Below, in pieces: positions 47,219 through 62,059 of a stretch of DNA of 64,000 nt. The notes beneath the pieces are model-generated. The model had not been told where the DNA came from and did not search any database. It worked only from the letters and a program-made list of their open reading frames with translations. This stretch comes from Octopus sinensis. Its lineage: Eukaryota. The DNA lies in contig NC_043017.1 in the NCBI RefSeq assembly GCF_006345805.1, forward strand, positions 31,248,001-31,312,000, read 5' to 3'. Within the stretch, counting starts at the first letter, position 1. Each line of letters opens with the position of its first letter. The position numbers were made by a program, and so were the translations under genes.

Positions 47219-47383
47219 GGCGCAGGAGTGGCTGTGTGGTAAGTAGCTTTCTAACCAGCCACATGGTTCCGGGTTCAGACCCACTGAGTGGCATCTTGGG
47301 CAAGTGCCTTCTGCCATAGCCCCGGGCCGACCAATGCCTTGTGAGTGGATTTGGTAGACGGAAACTGAAAGAAGCCCGTCGTA

Positions 47384-47425
<42 letters not shown>

Positions 47426-47676
47426 ATATATATATAATATATATATATATGTATGTGTGTGTGTGTTTGTATGTCTGTGTTTGTCCCCTAGCATTGCTTG
47501 ACAACCGATGCTGGTGTGTTTACGTCCCCGTCACTTAGCGGTTCGGCAAAAGAGACCGATAGAATAAGTACTGGGCTTGCAAAGAATAAGTCCCGGGGTC
47601 GATTTGCTCGATTAAAGGCGGTGCTCCAGCATGGCCGCAGTCAAATGACTGAAACAAGTAAAAGAGTAAAAGAGTA
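47219..47676 (+). mobile_element. SINE-B
   Basis: Complete copy, tail-to-tail with 47966-48382. Confidence 0.9.
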
Positions 47677-47965
47677 ATGTAAAGATTTGTCTGAGCTTCT
47701 TGGTACGTTACCCCCGTTGAATTTAGTACGATATCCATATCGCCAAATACATTAACGTCAAATAGGACGACTGAGATTGTTCAGCTTGTCACAATTCTAT
47801 TCTCAAGCTTGTATTGTTCTAATGTGAACTTTGAAGTACCATCCTAAAGTTCTAAAGCATATTATAGTACTTGGTTATTGGTTTTGCTGGTTACATGGTG
47901 TCTTCGAAAACCTTTCTCAGCCGGCATGAGGATCAGCGCTTATTTCTAATTTTCCCGTTTTAGTA

Positions 47966-48382
47966 ACTCTCTTTACTCTTTTACTCTTTTACTTGTTTCA
48001 GTCATTTTGACTGCGGCTATGCTGGAGCACCGCCTTTGGTCGAGCAAATCGACCCCGGGACTTATTCTTTTGTAAGCCCAGTACTTATTCTATCGGTCTC
48101 TTTTGCCGAACCGCTAAGTAACGGGGACGTAAACTCACCAGCATCGGTTGTCAAGCAATGCTAGGGGGACACACACAGATACACAAACATACATGCACAC
48201 ATACATATATACATATATACGACGGGCTTCTTTCAGTTTCTGTCTACTAAATCCACTCACAAGGCATTGGTCGGCCCGGGGCTGTAGCAGAAGACACTTG
48301 CCCAAGATGCCACGCAGTGGGACTGAACCCGGAAACATGTGGTTGGTTAGCAAGCTACTTACCACACAGCCACTCCTGCGCC
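47966..48382 (-). mobile_element. SINE-B
   Basis: Complete reverse-complement copy. Confidence 0.9.
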
Positions 48383-50270
48383 TTTATGTATAACTGTATA
48401 TGTTATCTTCGAAAAGAGAGATCTGTATGTGTACATGCATGCGTGTACTATGTAGTTATGAAAGTGAGGGCTGCTTGTCTGTTGGTGGATTTTGTCATGT
48501 AATAAAATATTTTTTTATTCATTACCCTCTTTGTAAAATGCATCAATGATGGCAGGCCTTAGTGCAGAATTCCATCGATTTTCTCACATTCTTTCAATTA
48601 ATCATCCTTTTCTGGGCTTCGTGTGTCTGTTTAGAGACTGAAACTGGTATGATTCAGAAATATCTTCTTCTGTGTCTGCAACTGAATTTTTGTTGGCATA
48701 TTTACCATAAAAATACGCGCTTGAAAGAAGAAACCACGGACAGCATCTATTCTGGGAATATAAACAATCTTTCACTTATCAATTTGCATCTTGTTTATAT
48801 TTAATATGAGTTAGGTGCTATAAATTTACATATTATATTTAATCGAAGTTAGGTGCTATGAATTTGTATCTTCTTACATTTAATAGGAGTTAGGTGTTAT
48901 AAATATATAGCTTTTATCTTGGTATTTGAGTATTACATTTGCTATCTTTAAACTCTTCATCGTTCATTTAACTTTTATCGTCAGTTTTTTTTTTCCTTAT
49001 TGCTCGATTGTTCTTGATGCTGCTATCTTTTACTTCCGCATCAATGCTTTATATAGTTGTTAACAATGTTACATTTACTTATTATCTCCTATCAACCCAT
49101 CTCTCTTTTAAGTACTCTACTCTTCCAGTCTAAATTATATTTACACAACCTTATTATTATCTCACTTTTCCGCAATGCATAGTTCTTATTTCTTAAGATC
49201 TTATTTAAACTTCTATGAATAAACGTTATAGAGTTTTAGCAGTGTTTTGTGTCTGCATCTGTGATATGCAGTCGTAGAAATGTGAGTTATTACTCGATGT
49301 ATAGTTATTGTGGTGTAATTCTTATATTATCTTATATTTCTATTCTCCATTGTATAATTTATGTATAATTCGAGCCTGAGAGGCACAAATCCAATAATCG
49401 TGTTAGTTTTGCTCGCATTATCAGCATCTTCCCATCTTCATCTCCATGTGTCTGCAGTTATCGTTTGTGCCAGGTCGCACGCACGTAGCTGGTCAGACTT
49501 TAAAAGAACTGGAATCGTAACACCTGAATTGAAATATAGAAAACTTCTTTAAGCGGGCCGAGGACGATTTCTATTCTGGTAGCCTAAATAATCCTCAAAT
49601 TACAAGTTTACATCTTATAATACAAATCGGGGACTTAGGTGTCAGCGTTCTTTTAATTGTAATCTTTCCATCTCAGTGGTACCTTATTCTTACAGCTGCT
49701 AAATTCTATCTCAACATCAGCCGTTTATACAATTGTTATCAATGTTTCTTTTAGCAATTTATCTCATTGTATCTCCTAAATTTTTTTCCCAGTTATCTAT
49801 TTATCTCATTGCCACATTGCTCATAGAGCTACGCGCCTCATATCTCCAGATCAATCGTTTATATAACGACTATCAAAGCTTCTCTTAACTCTTTTATTCC
49901 ATCGTATCCACTTTTGATGTTAAAACTCATTTCTCTCATCTTTTAAAGCTAGTTTCTTGCAAAAATGTTCAATTATGCAGCGGTGTTCTTGTAGTCTAAA
50001 ATCATATTTTTATCTTTCATCTTTTACTGGTTTCAGTCATTACACTGCGGCCAAGCTGGAGTACTGCCTTGAAGAATTTTTAGTTGAATGAATCTACCCC
50101 AGAACTAATCAATTTTTTAAGCTTGGTACTTATTCTATGGGACCCTTTCGCGAAGTGCTAAGTTATGGGACGTAAGCACATCATCACCGGTTGGCGACCG
50201 GGAGTGGGGACAAACACAGACGCAAGCGTACACACACATAGTTTTCTATATATATATATATATATATATA

Positions 50271-51684
50271 CTAGCAGTATCGCCCGGCGTTGCTCGGGTT
50301 TGTTTCGACCCGCTGGAATTGTAATTTTGAAAAGTAAAAATTTTGTGAACATTTTTCTGGTCGAAATACACCGAAAAGTGGCGACACAGCAGTGAAAAAA
50401 TCGTAAAAAATAAGGATTTTCATAGAAAAAAGCATCTTTTTGATGTAAATAATTTTTGGTGTTACCATGGTCCGATTTGAATTTTATGTTCTACGGAAGG
50501 AAGAGCAACCCTTCTTCTACCATACTCTCAATTTTGGTCAACTTGCGCCGCAGGGTCTCGGAGGAGATAGTGTTAGTTGAAGGTTACCATTGTAGGTGCC
50601 TGAGTAACAACCTCGCGGATTTACAGATAAATGAATTAATTACTATTTTACAGAATAAAATTAAATAATTTTTGAAAATTAATTAATATTAATATTTTTT
50701 GAACAAAGTAAATAATTTTTTTTACACAAACGCGAACGGGGAAAAGGGGTTGGTGAATTCGATTTACATACCTAAATTTTTTCTTTTTCATGACATTGTA
50801 GCAAAATAGTAGTGAATTATATAAATACCAGCAGTACATTTTTTTCTGGGGTATTTTTTTTCAACCTCGTCACATATTTGCCCCTTTCAATTTAAACAAA
50901 GTCTTAATTAAGCAATTACGGCAGCTTAGCAATGGTTTCAATACAGGCGTGACATCTGTATCTCAATTGTTCAAAACCCTTCGAATTTTTTCGCACGTGA
51001 TGATATCATAGTGAAAACTTCAGTTATTTCTGTCTTTCACTCTGTCTGTCTCTTTACACACACTAACAAAAGCACTTCACTTACACACCACACTTTCTGT
51101 GTCGCACAACCCATCAAACACACACACACACACACTCACGCACGCACACATGTACATCAATGCTTTCGGAGTGAAATGTTAAAATATTGAGTTTTCTCGA
51201 ATTTTGTCTTAATTGGGGGTGAAATTGAAAGAAATATATTATGGCATGAGTGAATGGAGTACTTTGAAAAATCTTAGGTAAATTCTAATTGAAGAAATTG
51301 TGTGAGGAGTAAATCGTTATGTATTTATTTGTTTCTGTTTGCTGTGTTTTTTTATTTTTTGAGTAGTGGTTTAAATACTTTCAGTTTAGTCTTCCTCAAA
51401 TCACTTTGTCGCTATTTACTTTCATTTTATTCGTTGCACACTGTGTGTGTGCGTTTGCGTGTGCTGTAAACCAGACTAAGAAAAGCATTTGACATACACA
51501 CCAGAATGTGAGTTTTCTGTAAATTTTGCTTAATTGGAGTTTAAATTTTAAAAACTGGACCTGGCATGACCCGATGCATTCTACTCTTAAAAATGCTAGG
51601 TAAATTGTAATTGAAGAAATCCTATATTGTAGATTTCTATAACTTACAAAGGGAGGCAGATAAAATCTGCCTTTTATAATAAGA
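50271..51684 (-). mobile_element. Composite non-autonomous Helitron (~1.4 kb)
   Basis: 3' CTAG at 50271-50274 with the CCCGGCGTTGCTCGGG hairpin. Candidate 5' end TCTTATTATAAAAGG at 51684. Confidence 0.7.
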
Positions 51685-52864
51685 TATATATATATATATA
51701 TATATATAGTAGTAGTAGTAGTAACAGAAAAGAGGAATTTCGATTATCCCCACGTGGTGAGTTGTAATGTATATAAGAAATTAAACAAGGAAAATACGCA
51801 CACTTACATAGTTTTAATATAATTTTTAATATATCGACCGGTTTCGCTATCGCTATTCATGATATTATGTTTTACTTACTTGAATAAATATTTTTTTCTT
51901 ACGAAGAAATTTGGTCCATGTTGTGTGTGATGAAATTCACGAGTGAATGACTTCACAAGTAGATAAATAAAGGGAGGTAATTGGCTGTCGTTATTATTGT
52001 TATTGTTTTGGGTATTTTGGGTAAGGGAGATAACTGTTCAGCTTTCGGTAATGGGTGGGGATTATGTATGTGTACAGACAGAGACAGGTTTCAAAAACCT
52101 TGTTTAGTAGGGGATTTGAGTGTTGAACACTCATTCTCATTGTTCACTATTAACGTATATATCATGTACATTTACCTGCATATATTCGCACAAATCTGCT
52201 GCGCCAGTGTTTTTGCACGGCGTGAGCACAGATGCAAAAATCCAATCATTACAATTTCCCTCTGACTGAAATGGCTGCCGTATTAGAAGCAACTTCATAC
52301 ACACACTTCAACAATGCAAATATATTTTTGTGTTTTTCGATAAGCGTATGAATAAATGTTGTGATAATACAAATAACTTGGTTATCAAATATAACAAATG
52401 ACAACTAAAATCAATGTAGACAGCAATTGCACTCTATTCATATCTTCTCAAGTGTCGATCGTTTTAACTATTCATTGAGATGCTACCCAACATTAGACGT
52501 TAAGTTGACCATACAACCACACACACATACACACACACAAATATACGTATATCTAAATTCGTATCTATATATCAGTCTCTCTTCAACCACTTCCCCATAC
52601 ATACCTACACACACACACTACACATATACATATATATATATATTATATATATATATGTGTGTGTGTCATATATATATATATATTTGAAAAATCCACCAGT
52701 GTGGACGCAAGTTGAAAAATCCACCAGAATGGACGAAAGCGCTAATGTTAATATACAAATAAATATCTGTAAATATAAAACCATCCGAATTTCTGAGTAC
52801 CTCATTTCTTCTAATATAAAATATCTGTACATCATCTCCAAACCATCTAATATATATATATGTG

Positions 52865-52917
<53 letters not shown>

Positions 52918-53279
52918 ATACATATATATACATATATTAAAATAGTGTGTATTTAGACGCAAAAGAAAACTACCCTTTAACAAGTAATTTTTACATGCTA
53001 GAAATTGCAACCAACACTGCCAAAACCACGATGTAATAGCAATTTTCGAAGTAAACGAAAAATAAAATCTTTTACCTTGTTATTTTTATTAGCGGTTATA
53101 CCATGGTTTCGAATTTCTTTACAAATAAGATTATTTGCCATCCTTTAATAGGTAATTTAGCAAAACAATATTATTCACCAGGCGAATTCTCATCAGTAAC
53201 CGGCCTCAATAACTATATATGTATCTTATGAATATATATACATATATATATATATATATACATTATATATATATGTATG

Positions 53280-53345
<66 letters not shown>

Positions 53346-53390
53346 CATATATATATATCATATATATATATATATATAATATATATATGT

Positions 53391-53433
<43 letters not shown>

Positions 53434-53573
53434 TATATATATATATATATATGTGTGTATATATATATATATATGTATGTATATATTATATATATATATA
53501 TATTATATATGTATATATATATATATTATATGTATATATATATATATATATATGTATAATATATATATATTAT

Positions 53574-53604
<31 letters not shown>

Positions 53605-53607
53605 GTA

Positions 53608-53684
<77 letters not shown>

Positions 53685-54359
53685 TTGAGTATGTGTGTTT
53701 TCATCTCTGCTTGTTTGTGTATGAGTGTGTAGTTGATTATAGGCTTAGTAGTTAAGATGTTACACTCATGATCATAAGAAAGTTGCTTCGATTCCTGAAC
53801 CGGGCGATGTGTCGAACTCTTGTTAACTAGTGTGCAATGAATATGTTTGCTAAGATACAATCTGAGAGACTGCTCTACGTTAGAACACAGCTGAGACGAA
53901 TTAAGTAAGGACTCATATATAGCAGCTTCGGGATGCAAGACTCAGTCAATAATGATAGAACTGGCTCCATGGCAAGCTGTACATACTGCAGCTGTCTGCG
54001 TTATCCGTAAGTAGATATGCTGACCTATTCTATTGTGGCCGCTAGAAAGTTCAGGCCATTGTTCACCGATCCCCAAGAGAGACTACTTTAAATCTAACTG
54101 ACCCACGCAAAAGAATAGGCTTTATAATGCTTGTTGCTTGTTGAAATAACCGCCTTCCATTACTACAGCCACGTTTGCCACAGTTTTGCGTAAGGTTTTT
54201 GGAAGAGAAGCAAGTGAACAATTAAATCTACTGTTAGATGCGTTTCACGTATGCTTTATTTTCATTAATACTGTTGTTATTGTTTTTTATGAAGATATAT
54301 CTTTAGTGAAAAGCCTAATCTATCCCGTTCTTTATATCATATATATTATAACTTTCTAT

Positions 54360-54710
54360 CTATCTCTATCCGCTCAGTCGAAGTCGACTCTCAGTTACTC
54401 GCTGAACCAGTATCCTCCAGTCAGTTCTATCCTGGGCCGCTTCTTTCAGATTGGCCATGTCCATTCCGGTATCACTCCTGATGGTGTCAAGCCAGCGGGT
54501 TCTTGGTCGGCCGCTTCCTCTCTTGCCACTGACCATTCCGAGCATGATGTCCTTCCCCAGGGATTTTCTCCGCATAATATGACCGAAATATGCCAATTAA
54601 CGCTTGGTGATCCTAGTTTCTAGCGACATTTTCGGCTTGATCTGCTTAAGAACTTCTCCATTGGTGAGCCTCGCTGTCCATGGAATCCGTAAAAGTCTTC
54701 TCCAACACTA
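54360..54710 (-). mobile_element. 5'-truncated RTE (BovB-like) LINE
   Basis: LRIPWTAR...YFGHIMRRKSLGKDIMLGMVSGKRGSGRPRTRWLD...DR..WR. Confidence 0.88.
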
Positions 54711-55008
54711 AAGCTACTTTTTCTAATTTGTCCTCCACCGAAAGAATAACAAAGCAGTCACTGTACATCCCTGGCACACCCCAGTGATGATGTGGAATTC
54801 CGAAATATTCATACTTTTGTTTTCAGAACCAGCAACTTGTTATCCGGTAAAGTGATTACATAACGCTGATATAACGGGAAGGCATTTTCAATAAAGCAAC
54901 GATACATCGATTGAGATTCCTGTGTACGATGTCGAAGCACTTCTTTGAAGTTGATAATACTTATCATAAATGGTTGCGGGAAATTGTGACACGTTTTACG
55001 TCTGTTCA

Positions 55009-55065
<57 letters not shown>

Positions 55066-55066
<1 letters not shown>

Positions 55067-55318
55067 GTTTCTTATTAGCCACACAGGGCTGCACACAGAC
55101 GGGACAGATTACAAAGTAGAGCTTTTCTTTTGGGGGAGAGAAAAAACGGGGGGGGGGGTCGATCAAAAGGGATCGTAAAAGGGAAAGAAAAGAAGAAAAC
55201 GATCAATAGGGATCGTGTATCAGAGAAACGTCATGATGTAAAGTTTAAAGGAGGAAGCAGATCAGGTTTATCCGTGGAAAGAAAAGCCAACGGAGAAGAC
55301 CGCGGTAACCTCGGTCAA
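55066..55318 (-). mobile_element. 3' UTR fragment of a related LINE family sharing the Tx1/SINE-A type tail
   Basis: The minus strand ends TGTCCCGTCTGTGTGCAGCCCTGTGTGGCTAATAAGAAAC, alignable by eye with the LINE 3' end at 17171-17219. It sits in (TA)n. Confidence 0.6.
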
Positions 55319-55333
55319 TAATGTATATATATG

Positions 55334-55386
<53 letters not shown>

Positions 55387-55490
55387 TGTGTAAATTAAAT
55401 TTCAAAACTTCAAACGCAAGATATGGATACGACCTTTCCTCGGCAGTTGCCATCCCAAAAATCATCACAATTTCACACTTTTAACAATAA

Positions 55491-55837
55491 CTAGTACTAT
55501 GACCCGGCCACACCGGGTTTTAGTGCTAATGCATGCATATACAGCTGCGCGTGTGTGCACACACGCGAGTACTGTCCAAATCTCCGACCAATCACATACA
55601 GCTAGATGGCATTCAATTGGCGTATCAAGTTTCGGGCGTTTTGATTGTGTTTTGGAAAGAAAATTCACAAAAAAGTCACTTCTATTGATTTTTTAATGTA
55701 AAGCTGTACACGACTACCCTTGGACGGTTTTGAATGACCATAGAAAGTGCGAGCTCTCTAACTGAAAAATTGTGGATTTGTATAAAGGACACACACACAC
55801 ACACACACACAGATTTTGCCGTTTATATATAGAGAGA
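55491..55837 (-). mobile_element. Non-autonomous Helitron, second family
   Basis: CTAG at 55491 and hairpin ACCCGG-CCACA-CCGGGT. The other end reads TCTCTCTATATATAAACGGC with an internal (TG)n. Confidence 0.75.
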
Positions 55838-56173
55838 TACTGTGCATTGTTTGTAGCGTCAACAGCAAAAAACCTGCTGGGAAGAATGAGCGAAGACGGA
55901 AGTCAGTGACGAAAACGAACAGAGATCAAAAAAGCAGCAGAGAGTGGTGAGAGAGTGAAGGGGAGAGAGAGGGAGAGCACGAGAAAGAAAGAGACGTCGC
56001 ACGAAATAAATTCCTACAATTACGGGGTAGCAATGAGAAGATGGGTGTGTGACGTTACATTAAATGTGTGTGCGCATATGTGTGTGTATGTGTGTGTGTA
56101 CGCGTGTGTGTACTTACTTTTCTGGCCTAGAGAAACTGTCGGCGCCCTTGAGCATTTCAGATGCTCCTATATA

Positions 56174-56590
56174 TATTTCTTTACAACCCACATGGGGCTA
56201 AATACAGAGGGGACAAACAAGGACAGACAAACGGATTAAGTCGATTACATCGACCCCAGTGCGTAACTGGTACTTAATTTATCGACCCCGAAACGATGAA
56301 AGGCAAAGTTGACCTGGGCGGAACTTGAACTCGGGACGTAACGACGGACGAAATACGTATTTCTTTACTACCCACTAGGGGCTAAACACAGAGAGGACAA
56401 ACAAGGACAGACAAACGGATTAAGCCGATTACATCGACTCCAGTGCGTAACTGGTACTTAATTTATCGACCCCGAAAGGATGAAAGGTAAAGTTGACCTC
56501 GGCGGAATTTGAACTCGGAACGTCACGACAGACGAAATACGGCTATGCATTTCGCCCGGCGTGCTAACGTTTCTGCCAGCTCGCCGCCTT
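56174..56590 (-). mobile_element. SINE-A, head + 2 body units, with TSD
   Basis: TSD AGATG(C/A)TCCTATATA at 56159-56173 and 56591-56605. Unit junction at ~56357. Confidence 0.9.
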
Positions 56591-57319
56591 AGATGATCCT
56601 ATATAAACTGATAAACTTGATAGCGGTAATGTACCGTTTACGTTTTTTAAGTAATTATAGGTTTTCCTGATTAGTAGTGAGCGACCAGGAAAGGGTAAAT
56701 TCCATGATTCTGTGTTTCCCGTACTTGACAATTCAATTGGAATTGTTGAGTGAAAGATGAAGCCGTCAGATAGCAGAACCAAAAGAACGAAGCACTTATT
56801 TGGCTGCGTATGTAAAGATAAATTGAAAAATATTCATTGAAATAAATACATGCAGATGCAATGAGCTGATTAAAGAACGAACGAATAAAAATTTAACAAA
56901 TAACGTTTATAATTCGATCATATTAGATGCAGATATTTCCGTCTATTTACAAAGCACCATTCACGCTTACCACATTAGAAAAAAAATGCAGAGAAGGAAA
57001 AAGTATTAAAGAAAAAAAGTTTAGAATGTTGAAAAACGAGTTGCAAAATAGTGGGGAAAAAATAGCTATAACTTCCAAACGTTGGTCAGAAATCGCTCTG
57101 TATTCATAAAATCATAAATCACCGACATAAATAGTCTGGTCAGATATTGTTCTGCATTCGGAAAGTCATACATCATGTACATAAACAGTGAGGAAATTAG
57201 CAATGTCATTTCCAATGGTGGAACATTTTGGAAACTTTACTTATAGAATATTTCGGCTGATGCAAATAATTACATGAAAATCAGTCCTTGAATTGAAAGT
57301 GCTTCCATTAGATTATGAT

Positions 57320-57726
57320 TACTCTCTCTCTCTTTTACTCTTTTACTTGTTTCAGTCATTTGACTGCGGCCATGCTGAAGCACCGCCTTTAATCGAGCAA
57401 CTCGGCCCCGGGACTTATTCTTTTGTAAGCCCAGTACTTATTTTATCGGTCTCTTTTTCCGAACCGCTAGGTAACGGGAACATAAACACACCAGCATCGG
57501 TTGTCAAGCAATGCTAGGGAGGGGGAAAAACAGACACACAAACACACACACGCATATATATATATATATATAACGGGCTTCTGTCACTTTCCGTCTACCA
57601 AATCTACTCACAAGGCTTTGATCAGCCCGGGGCTATAGCAGAAGACACTTGCTCAAGGTGTCATGCAGTGGGACTGAAACCGGAACCATGTGGTTGGTAA
57701 ACTAGCTCCTTACCACACATCCACTC
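57320..57726 (-). mobile_element. SINE-B
   Basis: Near-complete reverse-complement copy. Confidence 0.85.
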
Positions 57727-57842
57727 TAATATTATTTCGGTTAAATAAAACAGACAACTCAGCTTGTTTGCAGCTGTTATTATGTTTGTAAGCAAGCGCA
57801 AAATCGAGTATGGACCTTATTGCAGCAGGGTACCCAATATTA

Positions 57843-58740
57843 AAGCAGGTTACCCAAGAGAAACCAGAATTTTGCAATGCTATTTCATTCACTTAGGTCT
57901 ACATGTTTATACTTTTATCATCTTCAAAGTATTCCCCATTTGAAGCAAATGCATCGGTCCAGACGCGTTTTCTACAGTTCGAAGCAATGTCGAAACTTTT
58001 GTGAAGTGATGCCTTTTAACGCCTCCATCATTTTGTTTTTACCTTCACCACTTCCATATCTGCAAATTCCATAGCACCAGCTTTCGTTACCAGGGATGAC
58101 CTTAGAAAACAGATCCAGATCAACTTTCAGTTCACGACAGGCATTCAGTTGAGACTGCTTTTAATATTCCGTGAGTAAGCGAGGCATAAATTTCGCTGCA
58201 ACTCGTCTCATTCTTAATTCTTCGCTCAAAATTCGTTGGCAGTAGTACCAGGACACACCAATAATTTTAATAAGTCGTCAAGCGTTTGGTGACGGTTCTC
58301 CAAGATCCCTTCATGAATTTTTATGTTTTTATTCGTTCGTGGGGTCGACGCTCGCTCTGAACGAGGTTTTAGTCTTCAAGCGACGCGTGACCATTCCCAA
58401 AGCGTGGAAACCACTCATAAACTTGTGTTTTCCTCGTAGCACCGTCCTTGAAAGCTGTTTGAAGCATGACAACTGTTTCGGCCGGCGCTTTCTCTAGCAG
58501 AAAGCAGAGATTCGCGGAAGCATGTTGTTCCTTCCTTTCATCTATCACAAAAATCGACGAACAGGGAAGAAGCACTGCAAAACACAGATGTACCACGTGG
58601 CAGCGTGACCTCATTGAACAACGCCGGTCGGTAGACTAATGCCTGAAGGTCGCATCAAGTGGTTTCTAGTGGCAGAAGCCTAAACTACAACGGGCTTGTC
58701 TCACAGGGAACGTTTCCGGTTACTTTTGGTTAACCCCTCG
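57843..58740 (-). mobile_element. Internally deleted mariner element
   Basis: EQHASANLCFLLEKAPAETVVMLQTAF...TQVYEWF.RF..G..SLED HTH. TIR TA|CGAGGGGTTAACCAAAAGTAACCGG, with a degenerate partner at ~57843-57870. Confidence 0.8.
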
Positions 58741-58756
58741 TATATGACAAGCTACC

Positions 58757-58987
58757 TATTTCTTTACTGCCCACAAGGAGCTAAATACAGAGAGGACAAA
58801 CAAGGACAGACAAACGGATTAAGCCGATTACATCGACCCCAGTGCGTGACTGGTACTTAATTTATCGACTCCGAAAGGATGAAAGGCAAAGTCGACCTCG
58901 GCGGAATTTGAACTCACAACGTAACGGCAGACGAAATACTGCTAGGCATTTCGCCCAGCGTGCTAACGTTTCTGCCAGCTACCGTCG
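58757..58987 (-). mobile_element. SINE-A monomer
   Basis: Complete reverse-complement copy. Confidence 0.88.
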
Positions 58988-59412
58988 CACATTGCTCCCC
59001 AGTTCCCAAATAATTCAAAGTGCAGGGAATATTTCTTGTTTGCATTGTGTAAGCGGAACGTGTCTCGTTATAAAACCATTAGATGACAATCGCATGTACA
59101 GTTTGGGTTGAACACCATCGTTCAGTTCTATTCTGGAACGATATGCTAAAGATCATGGACGAGAGATTGGATTAAACGAGGAGTTACAAAAGTTCGTACA
59201 AAAATGCATTCCCTATTATCTGAATAGTTTTCGTTTAAGTTACCTGAATAAATTGAATGTGAGAAGAAAACTTCGAAGTTACAAAATTTGTATTTGTCTC
59301 TCGCAATAAACTTTACTCTCTATTTTCAGCGTCACTTTTCATTATTCTATTTGATCAACTTTTTAGAATCAATTGTTACAACATATATGCACGAGTGTGT
59401 GTGTGTGTGTGT

Positions 59413-59457
<45 letters not shown>

Positions 59458-60937
59458 TGTGTGTGCTTGTGTTTATCTATCAAAACATCAAATCATTAAA
59501 GTGCTAATGCATTAATGAAATTCAAGCAATATAATTAACAGAAAATCTCTCATTTGCCTAGCACATAACATTGAGCAGTTAAACGGGACAATAACAATTT
59601 TCTTCCTGATGATGGGTGTGAGACTTACATGACTTCTCTGGATTTGGAACGTCATCATAAGAAGCTGTCTGCATAACTTCTAAATTATTCTACTTATCCA
59701 CATACGCACACTCATATCTATCTATTTATCTCTCTACGTACCTGTCTACCTAGCTGTCTGTCTATCTATCCATCTACATATATATTTTTTAACTATCTCT
59801 CCATATATGTATGTATGTATATTCGGTAAGAAGCACACGAAGAAGCGTGAACAAAAAACATTGATCATTAATTTATTCATAACATTTTCCTTCAAACTAA
59901 TTCGTAAAAACAAATTGCTGCTTCCTTTTGCCACGGTAAGCAAATTTCTAGAAATACACAGGAAGTTTCAAGCAATGCCAGCGAACAACTAAATACGGTG
60001 TCTCGGCATACTTTCGCCTCTTCAGAAGTACATATCATTAGTTTATTTGTAGACAGGCATGACTGCAATTTTCTGCGAGATGATAGGACATTTGTGTAAA
60101 TACGCAAGCAGTTTCAAACAAAGACAGCGAAACAATAGGCACAGTGTTTTGATGTACTAATGCCTCTTCAGTGGTACATATCACTTAGGTCAATTGGAGA
60201 CAGCCTTGGATGTAATTTGCGGTGTGCTTTTGCCTCAGTTATCAAATTTCTCTATAGAAAATTCGTGCAAATATACAAGAGGTTTCAAATGGTGTCAGCG
60301 AACAAGGATACGCGGAGTTTCGTTGTATTTCAACTCCTCAGTGACATATAACACCTAGGTCATTTGGAGCTAGGCATGAAGTTATGTTGTATGTAGGAAA
60401 AGTATAGTAGTTGCATCTGTGTATTCAAGCAAACCAATCTAACATGAGGACAGGAAGCTGAGAAGATAACAATAATGTTGGATACATTTTTTTGAACATG
60501 TTGATTCACAATTGATCACGAATGACATTCACTGCAGGAGTTGGTCTCGGAGAACATTTCTGACAATAAGATGTGTGTTTAAATACGCAACTATGTACAA
60601 AAGCACATTCGCACACACACACACACTCACAACAGTCACAACACTTACACAGATCTCAAACACACACACACTGAAACACGCGCACATGCACACACACGCA
60701 TATATATGCACACATACGGACATACCTGTATATATCTTTTGTTTAGGTGTGTATAAAGGTAGAAATATAAATATATATATATGTATACACATATATATAT
60801 ATACACATAGTATATATATATGTATATATATGTATATATATACTATGTTTATATATATATATACATATGTATCTATAAAAACATAGTATATATATATACA
60901 TATATATATTAATATACATATATATGTGTGCGTTTGA

Positions 60938-60992
<55 letters not shown>

Positions 60993-61614
60993 ATATATAT
61001 ATGTGTGTGTATATATATAAATGCATATGCATATGTAGATATACATATCTGTGTGTATTTATATATGTACATAGCTGTGTATATATGTGTGTATCTATAC
61101 ATATAGATATATATAAATACATATATTTACATATTTACATGTATTTATTGCATACATACTCATATGTAAACTCACATACATATATACATACACACACACA
61201 CACACACACACACACCTATAAACATTGTACAATTAATCAAACTTAACAGTCCTACTTCTTCATTACACTTCCTTGTTTTCATAGTTTGCATGAATACTTT
61301 GCTATTTCAAAGTTAATTAATTTCAATAACGAGAGTTTTATAGATTTCTTCCGTAATTATTTTAGATTGTGTGAGATACTTGTCTAATTGATTATCTTGT
61401 AGTATTTTTTTTTTTTTATATTCAGAGCAGTTGGCTCGTTGGCGCAGATATCAACTGCAGTGTTTACAGTAATTTGATTATTTCTATAGATTTCTGCATA
61501 GAAATCAGGTATATTATACTATCTGGAAAACTAACATCGCTCTCACAGGGTTCCGGGTTCGATCTCATTAAACTTTACCTACGATAAATGTTGTCTACCA
61601 TAGCGGAATGTAAT

Positions 61615-62033
61615 ACTCTTTACTCTTTTACTCTTTTACTTGTTTCAGTCATTTGACTGCGGCCATGCTGGAGCACCGCCTTTAGTCGATCAAATCGACC
61701 CCGAGACTTATACTTTGTAAGCCCAGTACTTATTCTATCGGTCTCTTTTTGCCGAACCGCTAAGTGACGGTGACGTAAACACACCAGCATCGGTTGTCAA
61801 GCAATGCTAGGGGCACAAACACAGACACACAAACATACACACACACATATATATATATATATACATATATACGACAGGCTTCTTTCAGTTTCCGTCTACC
61901 AAATCCACTCACAAGGCATTGGTCGGCCCGGGGCTATAGTAGAAGACACTTGTCCAAGATGCCACGCAGTGGGACTGAACCCGCAACAATGTGGTTGGTT
62001 AGCAAGCTACTTACCACACAGCCACTCCTGCGC
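61615..62033 (-). mobile_element. SINE-B
   Basis: Complete reverse-complement copy. Confidence 0.9.
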
Positions 62034-62059
62034 CTATAATGGTGTATATACATATATTT

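Noticed and set aside
48800-49960. Strand-biased AT-rich blocks resembling decayed ORFs (also ~3650-4260, 6400-7400, 25850-26260, 46150-46700)
   Set aside because: They are probably old transposon relics, but I could not identify diagnostic motifs by eye.
61405-61515. Possible small host exon after a polypyrimidine tract (EQLARWRRYQLQCLQ)
   Set aside because: It is too short, and without transcript or homology data it cannot be told from chance.
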